Notes: generated by a model not told the origin, from the sequence alone. A stretch of 64,000 bases of DNA from an uncultured Planctomycetota bacterium (GCA_963719315.1 CAVRBU010000005.1:96001-160000), one strand, 5' to 3'; positions 1-11,173 are shown, counted from the stretch's first letter. Program-made: numbers and translations.

Positions 1-648
1 CCGACCGGCGGCGAAGCAAACATCGACCTGGTACTGGTCGAAGCGCCAAGTTCTACGATTGCATCCTGTTTGACTGCCTTGAAAAACGACGTGGAGAACT
101 ATGTGGGGCTGAAAGTGGAGGAACCGCAGGTTGCTACGCAGGTTCGCGGGAAAGTGGCCGGAGTGAATCAATCGGCGGACAAGAAACTTGCGTTCGACTG
201 GAGTCAGTACAGCCGGGGGAATGTGCCTCTTAAGCAAAAAATCTCCTTCCAAGATCGCTTTTACTATCGCGATTTACCTAGCGGCGAACGATCGAAACCC
301 GGCACTGTAGGCGAAAATCACTTTGGAATCACGACCGATGAGCGGAAGACGGCTGTCGACGAAGCGAAACAGTTGAAACCAAAAACTCGCGGGGCCGCCA
401 TCGCCACAGGTCGGGCGCGGCATCTCTCTATTTCGGGACCCGAGGACGAGAAGTTCGATAAGTTCGCTGCCCGCAGCGATGCGAGTGGCACACAGACGCG
501 GGAAGATTCGCTGGCCAGGCGCCGCACGCAATTGGAACTTGATACCGGAGCCAGTGCGGTTTCCCCTGACGGCGTGCAGGTGTTGTTCGTCGTCGGCCCG
601 AATCGCGAAGCGGCGGCTAGTGCTCCAGCCGAAAAAGCGGCAAAATAG
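1..648 (+). CDS. hypothetical protein, C-terminal part (5' end outside window)
   Basis: Frame 1 is open from base 1 to TAG at 646-648; no recognisable domain. Confidence 0.5.
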   Translation, partial: PTGGEANIDLVLVEAPSSTIASCLTALKNDVENYVGLKVEEPQVATQVRGKVAGVNQSADKKLAFDWSQYSRGNVPLKQKISFQDRFYYRDLPSGERSKPGTVGENHFGITTDERKTAVDEAKQLKPKTRGAAIATGRARHLSISGPEDEKFDKFAARSDASGTQTREDSLARRRTQLELDTGASAVSPDGVQVLFVVGPNREAAASAPAEKAAK

Positions 649-660
649 CGGCACACAGTG

Positions 661-692
661 CACCCTCAACCAACCCTCTCCCAAAAGGAGAG
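661..692. repeat. REP-like short palindrome
   Basis: caccctcaaccaaccctctcccaaaaggagag with a ctctcc/ggagag stem, just after a stop codon. Confidence 0.35.
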
Positions 693-712
693 TGTTTCAA
701 AGGAACACTACT

Positions 713-936
713 ATGGCCGAAGTTACCATCCGCTTGCACCGAACGGACCACTCGTCGTCGAGGGACCATTCATACTGATCGATTCGCGCGGCGCGGAGTT
801 CGATATTCCTGCGAATAAGCAGGCGATCGCGCTGTGCCGCTGCGGCCAATCGGCACGTCGGCCGTTCTGTGACGGGTCGCACAAGAGCTGCGGTTTCGTT
901 TCCGATGAGGCGCCGACGCCGCCGGCGGTGGGGTGA
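713..936 (+). CDS. CDGSH iron-sulfur domain protein (1-nt frameshift near 738)
   Basis: MAEVTIR in one frame joins PNGPLVVEG...ALCRCGQSARRPFCDGSH in another; AGGA upstream. Confidence 0.85.
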
Positions 937-1192
937 TAAGTGGCAAGTCTCTTCGATACTCGAATTCGCGTGCTGGAGAGACGCAACGACGTAGGCGGGC
1001 AGTTTATCAAGCCGTAATCAACGGACCTTTGCGCAGATTCGCCACACCCGGTCTGTCCGGTACACTGCATTCAAATTAAGGCACGTTCAACCGGTCGTAT
1101 GACCCTGCGACTCCGCGCTTCAGCCTCTCTCGGTTCGCGTCGATAGTTGCGAATAGAAGCATCCGATGCGTTTCCAGCACGAGGGCCTAGCT

Positions 1193-1414
1193 ATGTGGCG
1201 ATCATTCTTTTTAGCAGTCGGCGCGTATTCCTGCTTGTTGGGTGTCGAGGCGCTGACCGTGGAAAAGGCCGTGCTGAAGGTCAATCCAAGCACGCGGCAA
1301 AGTGCCACGCGGGACGTCGTTCCGCCGGACTGGGCCCCCTGGAGCCTGCTCGGTACGGGTGCCGTCGTCGTGCTGTATTCGTTTACGGTGCCGCAGCGGG
1401 TGGGTAAAGTCTAA
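1193..1414 (+). CDS. small membrane protein
   Basis: 73 aa with two hydrophobic segments (MWRSFFLAVGAYSCLLG..., WAPWSLLGTGAVVVLYSF). Confidence 0.6.
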   Translation: MWRSFFLAVGAYSCLLGVEALTVEKAVLKVNPSTRQSATRDVVPPDWAPWSLLGTGAVVVLYSFTVPQRVGKV

Positions 1415-1610
1415 TGGAACATTCTTGTCCATAATTGCGAGCGACGGGCAGGATTGTCCGCATTCCGCACTACTTTCGCGGGCCAAACGTTTATTGAGTT
1501 TTGGTCTGCAACCGCTTATCATGGATAGGTTTAGGGCACGAAGTCCGGTGAACCTCCGCTGGCTGCGGGTGTCCTATCGGCTTACCTGATCCAACGTTCC
1601 CTGTATCGAG

Positions 1611-3389
1611 GTGATCCCCGTGGCAACTGTCACCAAACCCAAGACTAAGAATGAGTTAACGAGCGGGGCCGATATCCTCGTCCAATCGCTAATCAACCAT
1701 GGCGTGCATACGATTTTCGCCTACCCAGGCGGGGCCAGCATGCCGTTGCACCAGGCTCTCACCCGGTTTTCCGACCGTCTGCGAACGATCTTGCCGCGGC
1801 ACGAACAGGGCGGCGCGTTTGCGGCCCAGGGCGTAGCCCGCAGCACCGGGAAGCCAGGCGTGTGCATGGCCACGAGCGGGCCGGGGGCCACGAATCTGGT
1901 CACGGCCATCGCCGATGCCAAGCTCGACAGCATTCCGCTGATCGCGATCACGGGCCAGGTTGGTACGAAGGTGATCGGCAGCGACGCCTTTCAGGAAACG
2001 CCGATCGTCGAGGTTTGCCGCGGCATTACCAAACACCATTATCTGATTACCGACGTGAACGACGTTGCCCGTGTTGTGCGGGAGGCTTTTTTGATCGCGA
2101 CCACGGGCCGACAGGGACCCGTGCTCATCGACATCCCCAAGGACATCCAGCAAGACAAAACCGTACCCGATTACAACGTCGCACCTGACCTGCCTGGCTT
2201 TCAAATGAAAAATCCGCGGGCTAAGCCCGAGCAGATACGCCAGATCGCGGCGGCGATCAAATTGGCCAAGCGGCCCGTGATTTACGCGGGGGGCGGCATT
2301 ATCAGTGGCGAGGCCAGCGAAGAGCTGCGTACGCTGGCAAGAAAGACCGGCATCCCGGTGGCGATGACCGTGATGGGCCTCGGTGCGTTCCCCAGCAATA
2401 GCCCGCTCACACTCGACATGCTCGGTATGCATGGCTCGGTATATGCGAACTATGCGGTGGAACAGGCTGACTTGCTCATCGCGCTGGGGGTGCGGTTCGA
2501 CGATCGCGTGACCGGCAAAGTGGCGGACTTTTGCAAGCACGGCAAGATCGTGCACGTCGATATCGATGCCTCGGAGTTGAATAAGAATAAGCCGGCGCAC
2601 ATTCCGGTTTGCAGCGATGTGAAATACGCGCTCGCGGAGTTGAACAAGATCGTCGAACCTCCGGATGATATTTCGGCGTGGGTCAAGCAGTGTCAGAAGT
2701 GGAAGCAGGAAGAGCCGTTCCACTACAACGAAGAGTTCCCCGGCATTCTGCAGCAGCACGCGATCCGCGAATTGTGGAAGCTCACCCGCGACCGCGACCC
2801 CGTGATCACCGTGGGCGTCGGCCAGCACCAGATGTGGGGGGCCCAATTCTACAAATTTGACAAGCCGCGAACATTCCTCTCCAGCAGCGGCCTGGGCACG
2901 ATGGGCTTCGGACTGCCCTCGGCAATGGGCGTGCAGAGCCAATTCCCCAATCGGCTCGTGATTGACATCGACGGCGACGGCAGCTTCCAGATGAACATCC
3001 AAGAGCTAGGCACGTGCTTCTGCGAGAACCTGCCGGTGAAAGTGCTGCTGCTCAACAATCAGCACCTCGGAATGGTCGTGCAATGGGAAGACCGCTTCAT
3101 GCAAGGCAACCGGGCGCACACGTACTTGGGCCCGATTCATCACCCCGAAGCCCGCGGCGAGGGCGACGGCCTCGGGCCGACCGAGCGGTATCCAAACTTC
3201 GTGGCAATCGCCAAGGGCTACGGCTGCGGCGCGGCCTACATTCGCGAGAAGGCCGACCTGGTGCCGGCCCTGGAGGAAATGATCAACTATTCTGGGCCGT
3301 ATGTGCTTGATGTCGAAGTGCCGTATCAAGAGCACGTGTTACCGATGATTCCGGGCGGGATGACGGTGCGCGATATGATTAAGGAGTGA
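1611..3389 (+). CDS. ilvB: acetolactate synthase large subunit
   Basis: [29 protein letters not shown], ThDP-binding GDGSF...NN. Confidence 0.95.
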   Translation: MIPVATVTKPKTKNELTSGADILVQSLINHGVHTIFAYPGGASMPLHQALTRFSDRLRTILPRHEQGGAFAAQGVARSTGKPGVCMATSGPGATNLVTAIADAKLDSIPLIAITGQVGTKVIGSDAFQETPIVEVCRGITKHHYLITDVNDVARVVREAFLIATTGRQGPVLIDIPKDIQQDKTVPDYNVAPDLPGFQMKNPRAKPEQIRQIAAAIKLAKRPVIYAGGGIISGEASEELRTLARKTGIPVAMTVMGLGAFPSNSPLTLDMLGMHGSVYANYAVEQADLLIALGVRFDDRVTGKVADFCKHGKIVHVDIDASELNKNKPAHIPVCSDVKYALAELNKIVEPPDDISAWVKQCQKWKQEEPFHYNEEFPGILQQHAIRELWKLTRDRDPVITVGVGQHQMWGAQFYKFDKPRTFLSSSGLGTMGFGLPSAMGVQSQFPNRLVIDIDGDGSFQMNIQELGTCFCENLPVKVLLLNNQHLGMVVQWEDRFMQGNRAHTYLGPIHHPEARGEGDGLGPTERYPNFVAIAKGYGCGAAYIREKADLVPALEEMINYSGPYVLDVEVPYQEHVLPMIPGGMTVRDMIKE

Positions 3390-3420
3390 GGGGACGGCGT
3401 TCGCGCCCCTCTGTGCGGAA

Positions 3421-4756
3421 TTACTGGGCTGGCAGTACCGGTTTCTTCAATGCTCGCGATGTTTCGGCACGACTCGGGGCGTTGGCCAGCAACCCGCGAA
3501 GCTCGGCAAAATCGTCCTGGGAGTCGACAAGATGGTCGGCTTCACCGACGACACGGCCGTTCGGATCGATGAGAATCGTCATTGGGTAATATCTTACGCC
3601 GTAGTCGGCCGCTGCTGAGCTGCGGGCTTCCGTCTCGAAACCGACCTGTCGCGTCTTTTCGGCTTTCACGAGAGCAACAGGAAATGGCAGATCGCGGCCA
3701 AGCCAATAATTCTTTCTTGTCTCCCCGAGTGCGGCATCTAACTTGGCCGCGGTATCGACTTCGTCTCCTCCTTCAATCCCAACGTGAACACCGACAATAG
3801 CAAGTTTCTCTTCAGGAAAGCGGTCGCGAGCTTCGAACAACCTTGGCATGCGCAACACACGGCCCGCACCAATGGCCCCAGAAATGGAGCAAAACATAAC
3901 GACCCTTCAAGTCCGCTAGTCTTAATCCGCCTGAATTCTTCCAGCCATTCACACCGCGTAATTTCGGTGCCGGTTCGCCACGCAAAAGCCCAAGCGGAGT
4001 TGGTGGCAGGTCGATAGGATCGAGGTGCAATTCGCCTTTCCCTGCGTCTAATCGCAGAGGCCGATGAACTTCCTCGCCATACGTACCACTTGCAAAGAAT
4101 TCATACTTGCCAGGGGGCAATAGCAACTCGACTTCGCCCGTTAGTGAACTCCATTGGAAAGGATCGAATTTGTCGATCGCGGCCGTCCCCCAAAACGCAC
4201 CGAGCGGTTTCCCTTGATGTGCAAGGCGACTGATTCCGACTCGGACAACGACTCGGCGGGCTGGAACCATAACGACTTGGCGCGGCTGGTTCTCTTCGGA
4301 CTGATTCGATTTGTGTGGCAATGTCAACCCAGCTAACCCTCGCGATGCGTGGATGGCGACTATGCATGTTCGATCGAGCAGTCGAGAGCCCTTCGTTAAC
4401 TTCACGATTCCATCCGCATCGGTTGGTTGTGAATCCTCGTTGCAACCGAACGTCGAATCATTTTCCGAACTTTTAATGACATTTAGCCCAGCGATGGCTC
4501 CCTCCACCGGCATGCCATTTTCATCCACCACGCGAATGGAAAATCCTGGGCCATAAGCATCAATCTGTTGCGCTGATGAAGAACGAGTCGATTCGTCGGC
4601 TTGGCAGACTCCGGCGGAGAGCAGAGCCGATAAGAGGGGCAGCCAAATCACTCGGTGCAGAAACGCTTTACTCACTTTTCCCATCTCCTTCGTTGGATCG
4701 TCGCCATGCATCCTCAAACTGCGGCCGAAGCGCTTGACACAATTATAGGCGGGCAA
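3421..4756 (-). CDS. secreted TlpA/thioredoxin-like protein with N-terminal beta-sandwich region (frameshift near 3850)
   Basis: Signal-like segment; LKGRYVLLHFWGHWCGPC continues in another frame as MPRL...IVGVH...YGVRYYPMTILIDPNGRVV. Confidence 0.75.
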
Positions 4757-4812
4757 TACGCAATAGATGGCTTGACGCGGCCAATCAACACGGCCAATCA
4801 GCTCATCAAAAT

Positions 4813-4844
4813 GTAGGGTGTGTCTGGTTTTTGCGGGACCACCA
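4813..4844 (+). repeat. degenerate copy of the GTAG-type REP found at 54364 and 57537
   Basis: gtagggtgtgtc...accacca; first 12 nt identical to the RAYT-flanking REP. Confidence 0.55.
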
Positions 4845-5082
4845 ATTCATGAGATTCATGGTGGGGCTCGCGTAGCTCGAACCAACGTACAGCTTCCCCA
4901 GATTCAATCATTGAATTGCCCCGGGCAAGCCAACATCTGGCCGCTATTGCCGCTATTTCCGGTAAAGCCGGGCGGACCACCCGTTGCTCGATGCCAATGG
5001 CCTGTTAAGCCGCACATTTTGCGCAGCTAGCTCAAGCATTGCTAGCTGTGCTTCCGATGACTGATTATGCCTACCGCAAGTT

Positions 5083-6048
5083 GTGGGCAAACAGCGTCGA
5101 TCGCGCCGGCGTCAGCGACCCGTGCGATTGAGATGCTCAGCCGGAGGTTATCGGAGCGTGACAGGTACTTCCCCCATCGGCATTTTTACAGAACCCCAAT
5201 CGTCGGGCGCAATTTGCGAAACCAATTCGTCCACATCGCTCCTCACTCGAGTTCGAGCCCACAAGCTTCTTCGGCCTTCTGCCAAATCTGCAGAAGTCGA
5301 TCGCCTCGCTTCAATCCCGACGGCATCTGCCGCTGCAACTCGGCAAAATTCGCAAATGCCGGCGTTCGTTCCTCTGCTGGAAGAATTGGAAGTTGCGGGG
5401 TGGAGTTCGCATCGGCGGATGCTGAGCGGCAACTTTCACGATTGGTCGTTGCTCGCAAGCCGAACGCTGCTCGTGATGGCGGGTCAGGCGATTGCGGCCG
5501 ACGCCAATGAAGCAATGGATCCCATGGAAGCGGCGCTCGTGGCCCAAGGCGCTTGGGCTTCGATCCGGTCGCATGCACAACACGCGGGCGACGCGGGCAC
5601 ATTGTTGTCGCTGGCGGCGCGCAGCCTGTGGACGAATGTCGGCGCGGGTTTGCAAGCCGCGGCCGCCGTTGCCGTGATCGATTTGGATGGCGGCCATGCG
5701 AGCGTGGCAATGGCCGGCGACTGCTTGACGCTAAGAATTCGCGCCACCGGCGCCGAGCAGATTGCGGCGAGCCAGCCGATGCTGGGAGTCGAACCGCACT
5801 TCAATTACGTCAGCCATTCGATTCAGCTTTCGCTACGCGAACGGATTCTGCTAGTGGCCGACGAGCCCCTGAAGCGGCCGGCGAAGTGGGCGTCGCGAAT
5901 CGCAAATTGTTTCTCGCAACTCGATGCGGAATCGCATCGGCGGATGATGGCGGCGGATGCGATCGCGCTGGTTCGCGAGCAATACGTGCGACCCGCCGAC
6001 AAAAATGGCCTGGCTTCGGCCAGTATCGTGGCCGTAAGGCGACGGTAA
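5083..6048 (+). CDS. degenerate SpoIIE/PP2C-like domain protein; start uncertain
   Basis: SGNFHDW, AVIDLDGGHASVAMAG, MLGVE, ERILLVAD follow the SpoIIE layout, but metal-binding Asp residues look altered. Confidence 0.45.
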   Translation: MGKQRRSRRRQRPVRLRCSAGGYRSVTGTSPIGIFTEPQSSGAICETNSSTSLLTRVRAHKLLRPSAKSAEVDRLASIPTASAAATRQNSQMPAFVPLLEELEVAGWSSHRRMLSGNFHDWSLLASRTLLVMAGQAIAADANEAMDPMEAALVAQGAWASIRSHAQHAGDAGTLLSLAARSLWTNVGAGLQAAAAVAVIDLDGGHASVAMAGDCLTLRIRATGAEQIAASQPMLGVEPHFNYVSHSIQLSLRERILLVADEPLKRPAKWASRIANCFSQLDAESHRRMMAADAIALVREQYVRPADKNGLASASIVAVRRR

Positions 6049-7145
6049 TATAGGTGCAAGTTGGCGTAACCGCATGCAGTTTCGGTGCACTTTGCAAGTG
6101 CGGGAAAAGCACTGGCGGAGCCAGTGGCACGCACTGTTAGACCATTTCTGCGGTGCGGGCTTCTGTCGAGCGCCGAGTGCGCGGCTTGCAGTAAGCGGTC
6201 GAGGCCCTGCCCTGTTACGGACGAGAATAGAATCACCTCGTGGTCGACGACTTCGGCCAGTTTCGCTTGCACTTCGGCCGCTGAGGGTAGTTCGGCTTTG
6301 CTGACAGCTACGATCTCTCGTCGGTCGGCCAGGCCATGGCCATATTGCTCGAGCTCGCTGCGAATCGTGCGATAATTCTCGATCGGGTCCGTGCCGTCGA
6401 CCGGCTCCGGCTCGACCAGGTGGATGAGCACGCGCGTCCGTTCCACATGCCGCAGGAATTCGTGTCCCAAGCCGACGCCGGCGTGGGCGCCTTCGATCAG
6501 GCCTGGGATGTCGGCAATCACGAGCGAGCGATCCATATCGAGCTGCACAATGCCGAGGTGCGGGATTTTGGTGGTGAACGGGTAGTCGGCGATTTCCGGG
6601 CGGGCCCGCGAGACGCGGCTGAGCAGCGTGCTTTTGCCGGCGTTGGGTTTACCCATCAGGCCGATATCGGCGATGACTTTCAACTCGAGCGTAACGCGGC
6701 GCGATTCGCCTTCTTCACCGCGGGTATGATCGCGCGGGGCCTGATTGGTAGCCGACTTGAAGCGGGTGTTGCCTTTACCGCCTCTGCCGCCCCGGGCGCC
6801 GACCACGGTTTCGCCGAGCGTGGACAGGTCTTTCAGTACGTGGCCGTGCTCGGCATCCATAATGATCGTGCCGGGCGGCACTTTAATGATCAGATTCTCG
6901 GCGTTCCGGCCATGACATTGTTTGCCGCCGCCGTGCCCTCCGCGCTCGGCCCGCCATTGCTTGCGATGCGCGAGTGCCGAGAGCGTATCAACGCCCGGTT
7001 CGGCGACCAAAATGATGCTGCCGCCGTCGCCGCCGTCGCCGCCGTCAGGTCCGCCGCGCGGAATATACTTCTCGCGGCGAAAGCTGACGCAACCATCACC
7101 GCCCCGGCCGGCTTCGATTTCAATGGTGACACGATCGACGAACAT
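5823..7145 (-). CDS. obgE: GTPase ObgE (true 3' end probably near 6137)
   Basis: MFVD, GGPDGGDGG Obg fold, GKPNAGKS, YPFTT, DIPG, HVERT. Confidence 0.95.
   Translation of the reverse strand: MFVDRVTIEIEAGRGGDGCVSFRREKYIPRGGPDGGDGGDGGSIILVAEPGVDTLSALAHRKQWRAERGGHGGGKQCHGRNAENLIIKVPPGTIIMDAEHGHVLKDLSTLGETVVGARGGRGGKGNTRFKSATNQAPRDHTRGEEGESRRVTLELKVIADIGLMGKPNAGKSTLLSRVSRARPEIADYPFTTKIPHLGIVQLDMDRSLVIADIPGLIEGAHAGVGLGHEFLRHVERTRVLIHLVEPEPVDGTDPIENYRTIRSELEQYGHGLADRREIVAVSKAELPSAAEVQAKLAEVVDHEVILFSSVTGQGLDRLLQAAHSALDRSPHRRNGLTVRATGSASAFPALAKCTETACGYANLHLYYRRLTATILAEARPFLSAGRTYCSRTSAIASAAIIRRCDSASSCEKQFAIRDAHFAGRFRGSSATSRIRSRSES
6109..6130. repeat. REP-like palindrome between convergent genes
   Basis: gcactggcggagccagtggcac (cactggc/gccagtg stem). 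Confidence 0.45.
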
Positions 7146-7247
7146 GGGGGATGGTAGAGGTCAGGGGTGGAGGTCGGCGTAGCGAGACCGTTTGAATCAG
7201 GCCGCAAACGCGTTTGGGAATGGAGTGCTCAAATCCATAAATACTGC

Positions 7248-7784
7248 TTAGGGGTTAATGTTTGCTCCAGACTCCTGGTTGGTTTTCAACCTTGCCATGT
7301 AGCGTTGTTTGCTATCGCCAATGGGTGACATCGAGTTTTCACTTGCAAATTTCATCCATTTTGAGTCGAAGCTACCGATTAGTATCAACTGTATGTCCTT
7401 TGCTCCGTAATTCCGTGCTAATGTTGCCTTCTCTAGAAGATATCTCTGGGCAACGGCGCTGGATGTCAATTGATCGCTATTACCAAGTAAAGCATCAGCG
7501 CCCCGTGGAGTTACAGACAGCTCTACCGTTGGCACTGAGTAGAGGGGGTGCAGTTGCTTGATACCAATGGCTCGCAACACACTGGGAGTGCGATCTCTAA
7601 TTATTACAATCGCGCCCTGCTGTCGTAATTCTATCAGTTTTTGGATTTTGTAATTGGAGTAAGCAATCCACCCCCCAAGACCAACCGCCACTAGCGTTAC
7701 GGCAGCCATCAGGGCTCTGATGGAGAACCTTAAACGACTTCTATTATTATCAGTCATGATTTTTGTTGAGATGGAGTTAGCCAA
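7248..7784 (-). CDS. AT-rich hypothetical membrane-anchored protein
   Basis: RLRFSIRALMAAVTLVAVGLG planctomycete-type N-terminal TM motif; visibly lower GC than flanks. Confidence 0.65.
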   Translation of the reverse strand: MANSISTKIMTDNNRSRLRFSIRALMAAVTLVAVGLGGWIAYSNYKIQKLIELRQQGAIVIIRDRTPSVLRAIGIKQLHPLYSVPTVELSVTPRGADALLGNSDQLTSSAVAQRYLLEKATLARNYGAKDIQLILIGSFDSKWMKFASENSMSPIGDSKQRYMARLKTNQESGANINP

Positions 7785-7840
7785 CGTACCGCAATTTTCC
7801 GGAAAATAATTTACCCACTACTGAGGTCAGGGGGTAAATA

Positions 7841-7868
7841 AAAACAGGGATGCCTGGCGGCATCCCTG
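7841..7868 (-). terminator. Rho-independent terminator after rpmA
   Basis: cagggatgcc-N4-ggcatccctg 10-bp stem followed by a T-run on the minus strand. Confidence 0.75.
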
Positions 7869-7898
7869 ATCGGCGACTTCGTCGCGTTGTGTGCGTGG

Positions 7899-8150
7899 TT
7901 AGTTTTCGGAGGGAATGACGTTCACGCGGCGGCCTTCGCGGTCGAACTTTACTTCGCCATCGACGAGCGCGAAGAGCGTATAGTCGCGGCCTTGGCCCAC
8001 GCCTTTGCCGGCGTGGAACTTGGTGCCAAGTTGGCGGACGATGATGTTGCCGGCGATCACCTGCTCGCCACCGTAGCGCTTCACGCCGCGGCGTTGACCA
8101 TTGGAATCGCGACCGTTGCGGCTAGAGCCTTGACCCTTTTTATGTGCCAT
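7899..8150 (-). CDS. rpmA: 50S ribosomal protein L27
   Basis: [24 protein letters not shown]... Confidence 0.97.
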   Translation of the reverse strand: MAHKKGQGSSRNGRDSNGQRRGVKRYGGEQVIAGNIIVRQLGTKFHAGKGVGQGRDYTLFALVDGEVKFDREGRRVNVIPSEN

Positions 8151-8243
8151 GGGAGTTGCAGGACGGACGATCATGTCCGTCAAAAAACGACAAAGAAAAA
8201 GGACGAGACTGTCCGTCCTATGAAACGCTGTAGCCCGTCTATC

Positions 8244-9213
8244 CTATCGGTAAACCCAGCGGTAGGCAACCCCGTCGCCAACGCTGTACAGATAGGATTT
8301 ATCGAGCGGCACGCCATAGCGGAATTCTCGCTCGTTGGGCTGCAGCTCGTCGCCCGGCCGCCAAAAATTGAGCTGCAACATCTTGTGGGTGAATCTGCGG
8401 CCGCGGCCCGGCGTATCGCCTGGGTGGTAGGCCGCCGGGTTATCGACCCAGCGATAGGCGTTCGTCAGCCCGCCGACGAAAACCGAAAAGAAGTCCATCC
8501 GCGGATCGACATCGACCCAAGTGGCAACGCCCCATACGCTCTTGTCGATGCGGCCATCGCTGACTGGAATCGGCTGCTCGGCCATTTGGACGCTGTTGAG
8601 CAGCATCCGGCCGGGCGTTTCGCGCTGGCTGATGGCAGCCACGGCCGCGGGGATCACGCGATCCAAATACGACTTCGAAACGCGTTTGCCATCGGAGAGT
8701 CGGTCTTGCGATTCCAACACGAACTGCGGTATGAAGCGGATCGGGCCACCCTTTCCCGGCTCAGCCGAAAACACACCGTCGGAGCCTTCGACTGGCTTGA
8801 GCGTTTGGCCGGTGTTCTTGACGTTGTAAACCAGGTACCAAACCAGCTTCCGCTCGGTGCTGCCAGAGGCGAGCGGCACATCGACCTCGGTCATCCGCAG
8901 CGGCTTGAACGAAAACTGCAAGCAATAGATCTCGCGACGGAACTTCACTTGGTCGGCCATGCCGAACAGCGTTTCGGACGCAGCAAAGAATTCAGGGTTC
9001 CAATTCAGCGCGGGGTTCGCGCGGAGTTCCATGATGTCGTGCGTGCTGACGGTGTCCTCCGGCTCGAAGCTGGGCGCGATGGTCGTCAGCACCCCCTGCG
9101 CGAGTTGCCGGCTGGCCGGCGGCGCAGCAAGCGGCGCTCCCGGCGACGATGCTGGCGAGTGCGCCCATCGCGAACAGCGGAATGGATACGAGCGTGGTCG
9201 CGGGTCGATGCAT
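8244..9213 (-). CDS. secreted hypothetical protein (probable frameshift near 9125)
   Basis: Signal-peptide ORF starting at 9213 joins a long globular ORF ending YRWVYR. Confidence 0.65.
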
Positions 9214-9528
9214 GAGGTGGCCACAAGTACGAGATGGACGAGGGGCGCCGATCGCGCCGCCCCCCCTCGAATTTCAGTATAGATACCGCGACGGGCAGCG
9301 GCAACAAATCGCGGTTATTACGCGAAGGTGCGTGGTTGGGACGGCAGCATTGCCCCGTTGCGATGGGGGCTCGTCCGCCGCGGCGGACTCGAACCCAACC
9401 ACCCCTCGTCATAGGCGGGACGGCCGAATTGACCGTTAGAATCGTGCCCGGGTCGCACGGAAAAAAGCGACCCGGCCCGTGTTTTGGCTGGGATAGAAAC
9501 ACACGGGACCGGGTGCTAACGAGAGAGT

Positions 9529-11016
9529 TCAAGCAGCCGCTTCCTTTTCGGCTTGGTCTTTGTCGCCCTTGTGGTCGTCGTCCTTGTCCCGCTTGGGAGG
9601 TCGGCGAAGATCATTATCGCGATCCCGAGGGGGTCCTCGGCGGCCATCCCGGTCAAACCCGTGCTCGCCACGGGGACCGTCGCCACGCGCTCCGGGACCA
9701 TCGCCCGGGGGCGGACCGCCGGGGCCGGGACCACCGAAGAATCGACCGGGTCCAGGACCTTCACCACCATCGCGCGGCGGACCTTCGGGACGGCGGGGTC
9801 GGCGATCGTCGCGATCTTCCGACGCACCATCACCAGGAGGTGGCCCATCCGGCCGGTGAAAGCGGCGGCCTTCGCCTTCCCCGCGCGGCCCAGGGCCGTC
9901 GCCTTCGGGACCAGGACCATCACCCGCACGGCCGAAGCGTTCGCGGCGGGGACCACGGTCTTCATCATTATCTGCTCGGCGACGATCACCGTCGCGAGGC
10001 GGGCCTTCGTGACGATCAAATCGCGGGTGTTCTCCGTCGCGGGGTGGCCACTCGCCGCGCATTGCAAATCGTTCACCACCTGGGCCAGCGCCACGCATTC
10101 CGTCGCCGTCGCCCCACTGCCCATGACCATCACCACGAAGTCCTTGGTCGTCTCGATCTCCGTGGTGCCAAGGTCCTTCGCCGCGCGGACCGCGGCCTTC
10201 GGCAAACTGCCAGCGGAAATTTCGCTGGAACTCGAAGCGATCGCGCTCGCCACGCGGCGGACCATCGCCGCGCATCGCGAAGCGCTCGCCACCTCGCCCA
10301 GGACCGGGGCCGCGCCACCCGAAGTGGTCGCCACGTGGACCGGGACCGAAACCACGCATTGCATAACGATCGCGGAACGGAGGGCCGCCTGGTCGTCGCA
10401 TGAATTCGCGGGCAAATCGACCGTCGCGCGGCCCAAAACCGCGACGCTCCGGACCGCGGAATCGACGGTCCGCTGTGGCACCATCGCGGGGCCGCCGGCC
10501 ATCGGGGCCGCGGCCTTTCGCACCCTTACCTTTGCGGAGACCATCAGGGCCGCGAGTTGCCGATCGAGAACCTTTCGGAGGGCCCTGCCCTGCGCCGGGC
10601 GGCATCGGCATGTGTTCGTGGACGAATTCGGCGAGCGCCTTGAATTCGTCTTTGCTCAATTTGCCGTCCTTGTCTTTGTCGAACTTTGCAAACAATTCTT
10701 CCGGCTTGGGCATGTGCGGCGGACCATCGGGGCCTGGTCGCCCTTCGACATGCGCGCCTTTCTCGGCGGGCTTGTCGCCTTTCTTGTTCGCCATCTTGAT
10801 GCGAAGCTCGCGAATTTTTCCCTTCGCATTTTCCCGTTCTTCTTCGCTGAGCTTGCCGTCACCGTCTTTGTCAAACTCCTTCAATATCTTTTCACGCATA
10901 TCGGCGTAGAGGCCGCCGTCGCCTTTCTTGGCTTCCTTATCTCCCGGTGCGGCCATAGCCGACAGGGCCAGCAACCCAACCGCCAGGAAGACGAAGCTGG
11001 AAAACAAATACCGCAT
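9529..11016 (-). CDS. secreted EF-hand protein with long Gly/Pro/Arg/Asp low-complexity tail
   Basis: Signal peptide MRYLFSSFVFLAVG; EF-hand loops DKDGDGKLSEEE and DKDKDGKLSKDE. Confidence 0.8.
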   Translation of the reverse strand: MRYLFSSFVFLAVGLLALSAMAAPGDKEAKKGDGGLYADMREKILKEFDKDGDGKLSEEERENAKGKIRELRIKMANKKGDKPAEKGAHVEGRPGPDGPPHMPKPEELFAKFDKDKDGKLSKDEFKALAEFVHEHMPMPPGAGQGPPKGSRSATRGPDGLRKGKGAKGRGPDGRRPRDGATADRRFRGPERRGFGPRDGRFAREFMRRPGGPPFRDRYAMRGFGPGPRGDHFGWRGPGPGRGGERFAMRGDGPPRGERDRFEFQRNFRWQFAEGRGPRGEGPWHHGDRDDQGLRGDGHGQWGDGDGMRGAGPGGERFAMRGEWPPRDGEHPRFDRHEGPPRDGDRRRADNDEDRGPRRERFGRAGDGPGPEGDGPGPRGEGEGRRFHRPDGPPPGDGASEDRDDRRPRRPEGPPRDGGEGPGPGRFFGGPGPGGPPPGDGPGARGDGPRGEHGFDRDGRRGPPRDRDNDLRRPPKRDKDDDHKGDKDQAEKEAAA

Positions 11017-11145
11017 GTTGTGTTCACCCTTTCCGATTGGTTCGTTGCGGTACGTGTGATAGCAAGAAAAGCTAGCGATCACCGCCTACAACATGGAACG
11101 ACGAGACCCGAATAAGTTATTGGCACTCATTACCCATCTACGTCT

Positions 11146-11173
11146 GAAACCCCGGCGACGTGGCATGGTTCCG
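11146..11173 (-). promoter_or_regulatory. putative ECF sigma promoter for the EF-hand gene
   Basis: Minus strand GGAACC-N16-GTTTCA about 130 nt upstream of the ATG. Confidence 0.4.

Noticed and set aside
1415..1610. Ile/Leu/Val attenuator upstream of ilvB
   Set aside because: No short ILV-rich leader peptide with a terminator was found
4778..4800. 10-bp direct repeat cggccaatca x2
   Set aside because: Too short and isolated to assign a function
9234..11115. Several long overlapping ORFs on both strands
   Set aside because: Shadow frames of a GC-rich low-complexity gene; only one frame has a signal peptide and EF-hands
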